Assembly (NCBI GenBank): GCA_015232315.1
Contig: JADFZZ010000032.1
Span: 796 to 32,795, forward strand
Source of the DNA: SAR324 cluster bacterium
GTDB lineage: Bacteria; SAR324; NAC60-12
Direction: 5' to 3'
DNA length: 32,000 nucleotides
Shown here: positions 1-7,080 of the stretch, piece by piece
Position numbering within the stretch: position 1 is the first letter of the stretch
Layout of the letters: each line of letters begins with the position of its first letter
Translations under genes and position numbers: made by a program
Notes under the pieces: model-generated
The model's database searches: none
Told to the model about the DNA's origin: nothing
What the model saw: the letters and a program-made list of their open reading frames with translations, nothing else

Positions 1-787
1 TTGAAATTTTAATTTCATCATCACGACCATCCACGGTCGCGTCAAACAGGTCTCTTTGCAGAATAAGGCCCACGATATCCTCAGGGTCCATGTCATAAAC
101 AGGAATACGGCTATAGCCCTGGTCGGAAGCATCTTCCACAGCCTCCGCCAGATTCTTATGTGCTGACAACGAAAAAACATGATCCCTGGGAGTCATGATT
201 TCAGCGGCAATCTTGTCTTTAAGATTCAGAATATTTTTGATCACTTCTCCCTCGAACTGGTGGATTGTGCCAGCCCGTTGGCCGACATGCGTCAGAATAC
301 GGATTTCATCAGGTGTCGGACCGCGATAATCGTTGGCTGGATTGATGAAGGAAGTGATGAAGCCGCTGAGTTTCACGACCGGAGTGAGAAAAAGGACCAT
401 CCAGGAAATGGGGAACGCAACCCATACCGCCAGTTCACGGGCATAGCGCACGCCAATGGTTTTGGGGATAATTTCCGCGAAAACAAGAACACAGAAAGTA
501 AATACCGCAGAAAAATATACCAGCCATGCTTCCCCATACACTTCGGCCGCGGCAAATCCCGCAACGGCGGCACCTGCCGTGTTGGCCACGGTGTTGAGTG
601 TGAGAATGGCGGAAATAGGACGATCAATGTCCTTTCTCAGACGTTTGAGTTCAATTCCGGCTTTGTGACCTTTGCTCACCAGAGTTTCAATGTGGCTTTC
701 AGGAACAGAGTATAACACCGATTCAAACAATGAACACATGGATGACAGTGCTAAAACCAGTACTACAGATGACACCAGTAAGAACAT
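1..787 (-). CDS. DUF21/CNNM membrane domain + CBS-pair protein (hemolysin / CorB-TlyC family), 3' end cut by window edge
   Basis: Absent from the supplied ORF track because it has no in-window stop. My translation of the minus strand from ATG at 787 stays open to position 1: MFLLVSSVVLVLALSSMCSLFESVLYSVPESHIETL...AILTLNTVANTAGAAVAG...FAEIIPKTIGVRYA...PTPDEIRILTHVGQRAGTIHQFEGEVIKNILNLKDKIAAEIMTPRD...GYSRIPVYD. This matches DUF21 signatures (NTxxNxxGA, EIxPK) followed by the start of a CBS pair (MTPR, SRIPVY). Confidence 0.85.
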   Translation of the reverse strand, partial: MFLLVSSVVLVLALSSMCSLFESVLYSVPESHIETLVSKGHKAGIELKRLRKDIDRPISAILTLNTVANTAGAAVAGFAAAEVYGEAWLVYFSAVFTFCVLVFAEIIPKTIGVRYARELAVWVAFPISWMVLFLTPVVKLSGFITSFINPANDYRGPTPDEIRILTHVGQRAGTIHQFEGEVIKNILNLKDKIAAEIMTPRDHVFSLSAHKNLAEAVEDASDQGYSRIPVYDMDPEDIVGLILQRDLFDATVDGRDDEIKIS

Positions 788-802
788 GGGGATTTTATGG
801 AG

Positions 803-1666
803 TTATGTTTGAGGGAAGGATGGATGAAGCCCCTGATTGAGTGCCAGATATTCAGGATTGTCCGGTGAAATGTATCCATGACGGATCAGGAAATCGATGA
901 TGACAAGATTGCAGTTTGTTTTGAATTCTTTGGTACTGATTACCATTTCCTGAACCTGATCCAGAGACCATAAATAAAATTCAGAAACTTCGCCATCCTG
1001 GTTGTAAGGCTGAAACGACTTGGGTAATTCAAGGTCATAGTTGACGATCACATCCTGTCGAAGACCATTTTTGGTTTCCATGCAATAATTGATGGCACTC
1101 ACACCTCGTGCCTGAGAAGCCAGATCATGCGGAATGCCAGCTTCTTCTGCCGCTTCCTTGAGCATGGTTTCCCAGAGCGTCAGTTCATGGGATTTGCCAC
1201 CGCCAACGAGGTTATCCAAAAGTCCCGGATATGAAGAGCGTGTCATCTCACGCCGGGCAATCCACATATAACAACGTCCCTGTTTGTGCACGATACCATT
1301 CAGATGAATGCCGAACGCACGAATTCCAAACAGCGGAACAACGGCTCTCTCAAGCAAAAACAAGGGAGGCTGATCAGAATCAAGGGCACAGGCTGGATAC
1401 AGTTCATGATACAGGGCCGGGAGGAGGTCTTTTTGTTGAAGGTATTTGAGAACTTCCTGCATGGCGGCGGTTCGGTCCTCAAATGTTTGAATGGTAGAAT
1501 GAATCCGTACTTCATCCTTCTGTACACGAAAAATGCCGGGGAAATGACGTAAATCCGGGAGAAATGACTCCCGGACCCACCCTACATGATGAGTCCCTGC
1601 CTTGAAGGGAATAAAGCGGGTTCTATCAAAATTATTGCAGGTATGGATCCAGTAAAGATAACTCAT
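803..1666 (-). CDS. Nudix-family hydrolase with an N-terminal extension (possibly DUF4743-type)
   Basis: 287-aa ORF with a Nudix-box-like motif GGGKSHELTLWETMLKEAAEEAGI (G-x5-E-x8-K-E-A-A-E-E-A-G-I, one residue longer than canonical GX5EX7REUXEEXGU). Its ATG lies 7 nt after the flagellin stop. Confidence 0.8.
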   Translation of the reverse strand: MSYLYWIHTCNNFDRTRFIPFKAGTHHVGWVRESFLPDLRHFPGIFRVQKDEVRIHSTIQTFEDRTAAMQEVLKYLQQKDLLPALYHELYPACALDSDQPPLFLLERAVVPLFGIRAFGIHLNGIVHKQGRCYMWIARREMTRSSYPGLLDNLVGGGKSHELTLWETMLKEAAEEAGIPHDLASQARGVSAINYCMETKNGLRQDVIVNYDLELPKSFQPYNQDGEVSEFYLWSLDQVQEMVISTKEFKTNCNLVIIDFLIRHGYISPDNPEYLALNQGLHPSFPQT

Positions 1667-1673
1667 GAAATTC

Positions 1674-3293
1674 TCATCCTCCTTGTCCGGTGATCAATCC
1701 GAGTACCGATTGTGGTACCTGATTGGCTTGTGCCAACATGGCTGTGCTGGATGAAAGCAGAATTTGATTGCCAGTCAATTGTGACATTTGCTCTGCCATG
1801 TCCGCGTCTCTGATGGTTGATTCCGCCTGTGTCAAATTTTCCTCAGCAACTTTTAAACTGTTGAGGTTGTTTTCCAGTGCGTTTTTCTGGAACGATCCAA
1901 AAACACCCCGAATTTTTGTGATTTCATCTACCGCCGCATCGACCATGTTGATGGTATCTCGTGCTCCCTGGGGGGTGGTCACATCAATATCAGACAGACT
2001 GGTGAAGCGACTTTCATTCGGAATCCCGCGAGCCATTTCTTTGGTTCGGGTATCGACCATCGACAATTTTGCCTGTTGTCCTTCCTGAGGGCCAATCTGA
2101 AAGGAAATGGAACCCTGCGAAACATGGACATAACCTTCGCTTTTAGGATTGCTGGGACTGCCAACCAGTTCATCATTGGTTTCTTCGACATAGCTGACAC
2201 CCACTTCAAAGCCATTTTCATCAAACACCGGAACTTCTTTCAAACCCAGTTCCCTGTCATATTGAATGGTCAGTCCCTGAGCTTTGGTGCCCTCAACGGC
2301 GGTTAGAAACTGTCCGTCGCCCAGTGCGATTTCACCACCTATGGTTCCTTCAATATCCTTACCGGGTTCGGCAAACATCGCAATGTTTTCTTTTTCAGAG
2401 AGAATGCCCGCGACCGAACTCGTGACAGACAATGTTGGTTCATCACCAAATTCACGATGACGCACCACCATCATACCATTAGGGTCTGTAAAAACATCAA
2501 CCTTCAAACCTGATTCTTCCACCTTTTTACGCAACTGGGTCAAAACAATGGTCCGAATATTTTGTGACGCCTCTTCTGAGGGAAATCGTTGCGGATCCTG
2601 CCGGGTGTTTTCCACAATTTTATCAATTTCCGCCTTGATTTCACCCCGCGAGGTATCAAGAACCGCTGTTTTGTTCCCTTCATTGATAATCAGATTGATT
2701 CCTTGCCCAATATTTTCTGCTGTGAGTGGCACAGTTCCAGTGGCTTTGGCCCTGGTAGCAACTTGCAAAATATCCACTTCATAGCCATTTTCAGGAGAAG
2801 CCTTGGTGTCAGTGGTCGCATTGACAAAACGAAGTCCGGGTCCAACGGTCACCCCACGGGCACCATTACTGCCATCAAGCAATTTCTTGTCACCAAAAAT
2901 GGTATTGTTGGCAATTCGGTCAATGGAACTGAGTAAATGTTCAATCTCACTTTGATCCGCTTCCACCATTGGTTTATCATTGACAGCTTCGTTGGCCGCA
3001 TGCACGGCTAATTGTCTGATGTTGATCAGCATGGAGCTGATTTCATTCAGAGAACCTTCAGCGGTCTGCACCATTGAAATTGAGAATTCAGCATTGTCCA
3101 GAGATTGTTGCATCCCGACAATCTGACCCCGGAGCCGTTCAGACGCAATCAGTGTGGCAGGTCCATCCGCGGCTTTGTTAATACTTTGTCCAGTCGTGAG
3201 TTTTTCAATATTGTTACCCACCTTGGTGAACGCATCATTGGCATGTCGCAATGAGTTAAGTGACGCGACATTATGTTTAATACTCATTCCCAT
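1674..3293 (-). CDS. fliC: Flagellin (539 aa)
   Basis: The conserved N-terminus MGMSIKHNVASLNSL...GQSINKAADGPATLIASERLRGQIVGMQQSLDNAEFSISMVQTAEGSLNEISSMLINIRQLAVHAAN and C-terminus LTQAESTIRDADMAEQMSQLTGNQILLSSSTAMLAQANQVPQSVLGL are classic flagellin D0/D1 segments. I moved the start from the track's 3359 to ATG 3293, which has AAAGGAG upstream. The 3359 start sits inside the -10 box of the sigma28 promoter. Confidence 0.93.
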   Translation of the reverse strand: MGMSIKHNVASLNSLRHANDAFTKVGNNIEKLTTGQSINKAADGPATLIASERLRGQIVGMQQSLDNAEFSISMVQTAEGSLNEISSMLINIRQLAVHAANEAVNDKPMVEADQSEIEHLLSSIDRIANNTIFGDKKLLDGSNGARGVTVGPGLRFVNATTDTKASPENGYEVDILQVATRAKATGTVPLTAENIGQGINLIINEGNKTAVLDTSRGEIKAEIDKIVENTRQDPQRFPSEEASQNIRTIVLTQLRKKVEESGLKVDVFTDPNGMMVVRHREFGDEPTLSVTSSVAGILSEKENIAMFAEPGKDIEGTIGGEIALGDGQFLTAVEGTKAQGLTIQYDRELGLKEVPVFDENGFEVGVSYVEETNDELVGSPSNPKSEGYVHVSQGSISFQIGPQEGQQAKLSMVDTRTKEMARGIPNESRFTSLSDIDVTTPQGARDTINMVDAAVDEITKIRGVFGSFQKNALENNLNSLKVAEENLTQAESTIRDADMAEQMSQLTGNQILLSSSTAMLAQANQVPQSVLGLITGQGG

Positions 3294-3355
3294 AACAGAC
3301 TCCTTTTGTAAATTGAGGTTAATGAGCAACCCGATCAATTTTATTCTTGAGTCTA

Positions 3356-3382
3356 TCATCGGCAGGATTCAAAAAAACTTGA
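3356..3382 (-). promoter_or_regulatory. sigma28 (FliA)-type promoter of the flagellin gene
   Basis: The minus strand reads TCAAGTTT-N11-GCCGATGA, against the consensus TAAAGTTT-N11-GCCGATAA (14/16 matches, exact spacing). It lies about 60 nt upstream of the flagellin ATG at 3293. Confidence 0.72.
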
Positions 3383-3463
3383 GATCCTGTATTAAGTTTT
3401 CACCAAAAAAGTTGTTGCTGAAAATTTTCTGGTGACGGCAACCGATTCAAGCCATCGCACTGT

Positions 3464-3528
3464 GTCATTCCGTGCTTGACACGGAATCCATCGGCGCACT
3501 CCTGGATCCCCGTTTTCACGAGGATGAC
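3464..3528. repeat. Pair of inverted REP-like palindromic elements (GTCAT..CC-hairpin-GG..ATCC type)
   Basis: Copy A (3464-3489) is GTCATTCCGTGCTTGACACGGAATCC, with an 8-bp stem ATTCCGTG/CACGGAAT. Copy B (3504-3528), read on the reverse complement, is GTCATCCTCGTGAAAACGGGGATCC, an imperfect stem. The pair sits between the minE stop and the flagellin promoter. Confidence 0.6.
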
Positions 3529-3624
3529 ATCGTGGCGGGCCACAGGATTTCATCACCAAATTATTTACAGCAGGAAAAAGTTTCTTTAGGAAGATCGGAC
3601 AGATCCTGCAAACCATTGAATGCT

Positions 3625-3900
3625 CTAGCCATTGAATGATTTGGGCCTCAATTGGGTTCCCAGGGGGGTGTTTACAGACAGCGCAGGCTGACCATCTTTT
3701 CTAAGAATTTCAATTTCAAGTGAATCTCCGTCAATTTCAAAATATTTTGAAATCACATCGCATAGATCTTTTTTCATTGCATCCAACTGAGTTTCAGACA
3801 AGCCGATACGTTCTTTGGCAAGAACCAGTTGGAGACGATTTTTTGCGGTACCGGCACTGTGTTGTTTGGGGCGAAACAGTTTTCCCAGGCTACTGAGCAT
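3625..3900 (-). CDS. minE: Cell division topological specificity factor MinE (91 aa)
   Basis: MLSSLGKLFRPKQHSAGTAKNRLQLVLAKERIGLSETQLDAMKKDLCDVISKYFEID... matches the MinE pattern (AKERLQ-like helix, N-terminal membrane-targeting helix). It follows minD directly. Start moved to ATG 3900 (AGAGGA upstream), because the track's 4020 start would overlap minD by 86 nt. Confidence 0.9.
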   Translation of the reverse strand: MLSSLGKLFRPKQHSAGTAKNRLQLVLAKERIGLSETQLDAMKKDLCDVISKYFEIDGDSLEIEILRKDGQPALSVNTPLGTQLRPKSFNG

Positions 3901-3934
3901 ATTTCCTCTATGATGAATTGAGTGACGGATCAAA

Positions 3935-4714
3935 TTATTTACCGAACAAGCGAGCCAAAATCCCTTTTCTCTGCTCCAGCGACGGGATGGGAACATGTTC
4001 TCCCAAAATACGGCGGGCAATTCTTTTGTAAGCCTGCCCGGCCGCGGAATTTTCGTTCAATACCGCAGGAATTCCCTGATTTCCAGCAACGATGATATCA
4101 GAATCTTCAAGAACGACACCCAGCAAATCAATGGCCAGAATATCCATGACATCATCCTGACTCATCATTTCTCCAGCCTCCACCATCGAGAGTGAAAGTC
4201 GTGTGACAACCAGCGCGGAAGGGATCTGATGGTGCTGGAGCAAGCCGATGACTCTGTCAGCATCTCTCACCGACGAAACTTCAGGCGTTGTGACCACAAT
4301 CGCACGGTCAGCCCCGGCGATGGCATTTTTAAACCCCTGCTCAATGCCGGCAGGACAATCAATCAGAACATAATTGAATTCTTTTTTGAGTTCTGAACAG
4401 ATTTCACGCATTTCATCTTCATTCACCGCGTTTTTGTCATGCACTTGTGAAGAGGGCAACAGAAACAGGTTTTTGTTACGTTTATCGCGGATCAGTGCCT
4501 GACGGATGCTGCAACGTTTTTTTGCGACATCGACAAGATTATAAACAATCCGGTTTTCTAGTCCCATGATGATGTCCAGATTTCGCAAACCGATGTCACC
4601 GTCAATGGCGACCACACTTTTGCCGAAACTGGACAGGGCGGTACTCAGGTTTGCGGTGGTGGTCGTTTTTCCTACACCGCCTTTTCCTGATGTGATAACA
4701 ATAGATTCACCCAT
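3935..4714 (-). CDS. minD: Septum site-determining ATPase MinD
   Basis: Deviant Walker A motif SGKGGVGKTTTTANL, then DGDIGLRNLDIIMGLENRIVYNLVDV, and a C-terminal amphipathic tail KGILARLFGK. Confidence 0.97.
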   Translation of the reverse strand: MGESIVITSGKGGVGKTTTTANLSTALSSFGKSVVAIDGDIGLRNLDIIMGLENRIVYNLVDVAKKRCSIRQALIRDKRNKNLFLLPSSQVHDKNAVNEDEMREICSELKKEFNYVLIDCPAGIEQGFKNAIAGADRAIVVTTPEVSSVRDADRVIGLLQHHQIPSALVVTRLSLSMVEAGEMMSQDDVMDILAIDLLGVVLEDSDIIVAGNQGIPAVLNENSAAGQAYKRIARRILGEHVPIPSLEQRKGILARLFGK

Positions 4715-4755
4715 GATAATCCTCTAAATTGATGAAAGATAGTGATTTGATCAAA

Positions 4756-5493
4756 TTAACGAAGTTTAGGATAGAGATCAAACAGGATCTCTCCGTTTTC
4801 TACAAACACAATTTCAGGTCCAATAAATTCCCTGAGCTGGTGATGTCCGGCAAGCAAATGGGCGATTCGGACCTGACCCGACATAAGCCGTAACCCCATG
4901 ATGGTTGATTTTTCATTTCCTTCAGATCCTGCATGGACAAGTCCACGTATGGTTCCATAAACCCAGATATTCTGCGCTGAAATAATTTCGGCTCCCGGAT
5001 TGATATCCCCCAGGAGAATCACATTACGCGAGGTCCTGATTTTTTGTCCGGAACGCAATGTTTGCCGGACAATAAGCGCATCCTCAAGCACAAGTCCCTG
5101 AGTGATTTCATCCGTGGATGGGGTTTGTTTTTCCAGCATAGTGCCTGAGATGACAGGGGTTTCCTTTTTTTCTGCTGAAGCTTGATCTTCAGACTGAAGA
5201 GGGGGCGCAACGCTGGTTTTCTGCGGTGGAATGGACAGATTGAGTTCCATTTTGCCCTCAGCACTCAGAAGATCACGCAGCATCACAAATTCTTCAGACG
5301 ACAACCGTTTTGCGTCAGACTTCAGAATGATCCTGGAACCATGCAAAAAATGCTTGGCTGATTCCTGATTAATCAAATGGCGGACATCATTCACCAGTTG
5401 ATCAAATGGCAGTGCTTCGTGAATAATCAATGCTAAATGATCCCCAATGCCCTTGATCTCAACAGCTTTTTTAATTTTTCGGGATGAACTCAT
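4756..5493 (-). CDS. minC: Septum site-determining protein MinC
   Basis: C-terminal beta-helix domain RSGQKIRTSRNVILLGDINPGAEIISAQNIWVYGTIRGLVHAG. Position upstream of minDE. Confidence 0.9.
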   Translation of the reverse strand: MSSSRKIKKAVEIKGIGDHLALIIHEALPFDQLVNDVRHLINQESAKHFLHGSRIILKSDAKRLSSEEFVMLRDLLSAEGKMELNLSIPPQKTSVAPPLQSEDQASAEKKETPVISGTMLEKQTPSTDEITQGLVLEDALIVRQTLRSGQKIRTSRNVILLGDINPGAEIISAQNIWVYGTIRGLVHAGSEGNEKSTIMGLRLMSGQVRIAHLLAGHHQLREFIGPEIVFVENGEILFDLYPKLR

Positions 5494-5831
5494 GGATACA
5501 CATCAGTCAGAATGCAAAAAATTATGATTTTGCATACCGAATTCAGTCTAAAGATACAACCATTAATTTCAGGGTAAGACCCCCCGTTCAAGGATCACAG
5601 GAGGGGTAATTTTCATTTGCTCCTGAATCTGTCAACGTGGTCGGGATCCTGTGATTTACTATTTTTGCCCTTCAGAACAGGCCCCGGCCTCCATGGGCCT
5701 GTGGCGATCTCAGGATTCTTGGATATTGCTGTTTGATGTCAGCTAAAAAAAAGTTTCTTTTTTTAGCTGGTCCTGTTAAGCGAATAAATATTTGCAGAAT
5801 TATTCCGGAAGAATTCACACAGGAGTCGTGC

Positions 5832-7058
5832 ATGAGGGAAAAACTGACATCATATGATATCAATAAACTGGTGACTTATAATGTGGACAAGTTGGTGTGT
5901 GTCCGATTGATTGTCGCCATGATTCAGGCTGATGGCGTTTTAATGCCTGATGAACTGTCCTACCTGCAGAAACTGGTGTATGAATTGGAACTCTCGACAG
6001 AAGATGAATACACCATTCAATATGATTTGACGCATCCCACCCCTTTTCAGGAGTTACTCAAACAGATTCCTGTGCCGGACTCGGAAGATGTCTGTAAATT
6101 ATTGCTGGATCAAGTATGGCAGGTCGCCTGGTCCGACGGCGTTCTGGATCCAAAGGAAGAAGCGGTTTACCATCAACTGGAGCGACATTTTAAGCTCACT
6201 ATCCCACGGACCACTTCTGCTACCAACGTTGTGGAATCCGGCATGTCGAAGGAAATTCTGAAACTGCTTGAAAAAGCTGAGGAATTGCTCAACGACCAGC
6301 AGATGGAATCCGATAAGCGGAAAATCAAATTGCGGCGAACCGTCCATGATCTTGCCCTGAGCATCAAGGGCGCTGTAGCAACAGTTTTCATGCTTGCAAA
6401 TCCATCGATCGCCTATAAAATTGTGATTGAGCAAGTGCATGTCTTTGCGGATAGTTTGAAAAATGAAAAACTATCCGCCTATGGTGACGCTAATGTCTGG
6501 GCTCATGAGGAATTGCTGAAAGCCTGTCTGGAACTTGAAAAAATGATTTTCGCCAGTTCAGCCAAACGAACTCAACCAGAAAAAAATCTCAAACCGGAGA
6601 TCCAGAAATCGTCGTCAACTCCTGAAAATACCCAGCCAACACTGGACGATTTTGAACTCATCCCCTGGTATCATGTTCTGCAATCGTCTGTTGCGGATCT
6701 CAGCCCGACAGGCGAAATGTTTGCGTTCACCCGGCAATGGCTCAGGCAGTTTTATTCTGGAAAAACGGCAGAACTTGCCATGGTGCAGGTTTCTACCGAT
6801 GCCATGATACCTACGATGTCTCCCGGAGACGGAGTTGTGGTCTATCTACAGGCAAATTATCGGGGAGAAGGGATCTATCTGATTCGTTCCAATGCGAGCA
6901 TCAAAATTCGGCGAATGCAGAAACTGGTCGATGGGACGTTCCGGATTTTCAGTGACAACAACCGTTATTCTGAAGAAAAAACCTCCGGTGAATTCAATGG
7001 TGGCGTTGTGATTCTGGGACAGATTTTATGGGTAGGAAAACTCCTTGCCAGCGTCTGA
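5832..7058 (+). CDS. TerB-like N-terminal domain fused to an S24 (LexA/CI-type) peptidase-fold C-terminal domain lacking the Ser/Lys dyad
   Basis: The N-terminus has two TerB-type repeats (LIVAMIQADGVLMPDELSYLQKL; VWQVAWSDGVLDPKEEAVYHQLERHF). The C-terminus VQVSTDAMIPTMSPGDGVVVYL...GIYLIRSNASIKIRRMQKL...RIFSDNNRY...VVILGQILWVGKLL follows the S24 pattern V.GDSM.PT...GD.V.V...GIYV......VKRL.....SDN..Y....I.G.V.W. Start set at ATG 5832, which has AGGAG 6 nt upstream. Confidence 0.7.
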   Translation: MREKLTSYDINKLVTYNVDKLVCVRLIVAMIQADGVLMPDELSYLQKLVYELELSTEDEYTIQYDLTHPTPFQELLKQIPVPDSEDVCKLLLDQVWQVAWSDGVLDPKEEAVYHQLERHFKLTIPRTTSATNVVESGMSKEILKLLEKAEELLNDQQMESDKRKIKLRRTVHDLALSIKGAVATVFMLANPSIAYKIVIEQVHVFADSLKNEKLSAYGDANVWAHEELLKACLELEKMIFASSAKRTQPEKNLKPEIQKSSSTPENTQPTLDDFELIPWYHVLQSSVADLSPTGEMFAFTRQWLRQFYSGKTAELAMVQVSTDAMIPTMSPGDGVVVYLQANYRGEGIYLIRSNASIKIRRMQKLVDGTFRIFSDNNRYSEEKTSGEFNGGVVILGQILWVGKLLASV

Positions 7059-7072
7059 TTTCCGGCAAGGAG
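7041..7072 (-). terminator. Intrinsic terminator of the thiolase operon, placed between convergent genes
   Basis: 9-bp stem CTCCTTGCC/GGCAAGGAG with a 14-nt loop. On the minus strand the hairpin is followed by TTTTCC and preceded by a T-run. The stop codon of the plus-strand gene lies in the loop. Confidence 0.5.
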
Positions 7073-7080
7073 TAAAAAAA

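Noticed and set aside
179-715. 178-aa plus-strand ORF, plus nested ORFs 373-627 (-) and 456-668 (+)
   Set aside because: It is an antisense shadow of the DUF21/CBS gene. Its sequence has no recognisable motifs, whereas the minus-strand frame ending at ATG 787 has clear family signatures.
3392-3616. 74-aa minus-strand ORF between minE and flagellin
   Set aside because: Its peptide (…HPRENGDPGVRRWIPCQARNDT…) is simply the translation of the two REP-like palindromes. There is no RBS, and it overlaps the region just upstream of the flagellin promoter.
3901-4020. N-terminal 40-codon extension of the minE ORF
   Set aside because: It would overlap minD by 86 nt. MinE family length and the RBS support ATG 3900.
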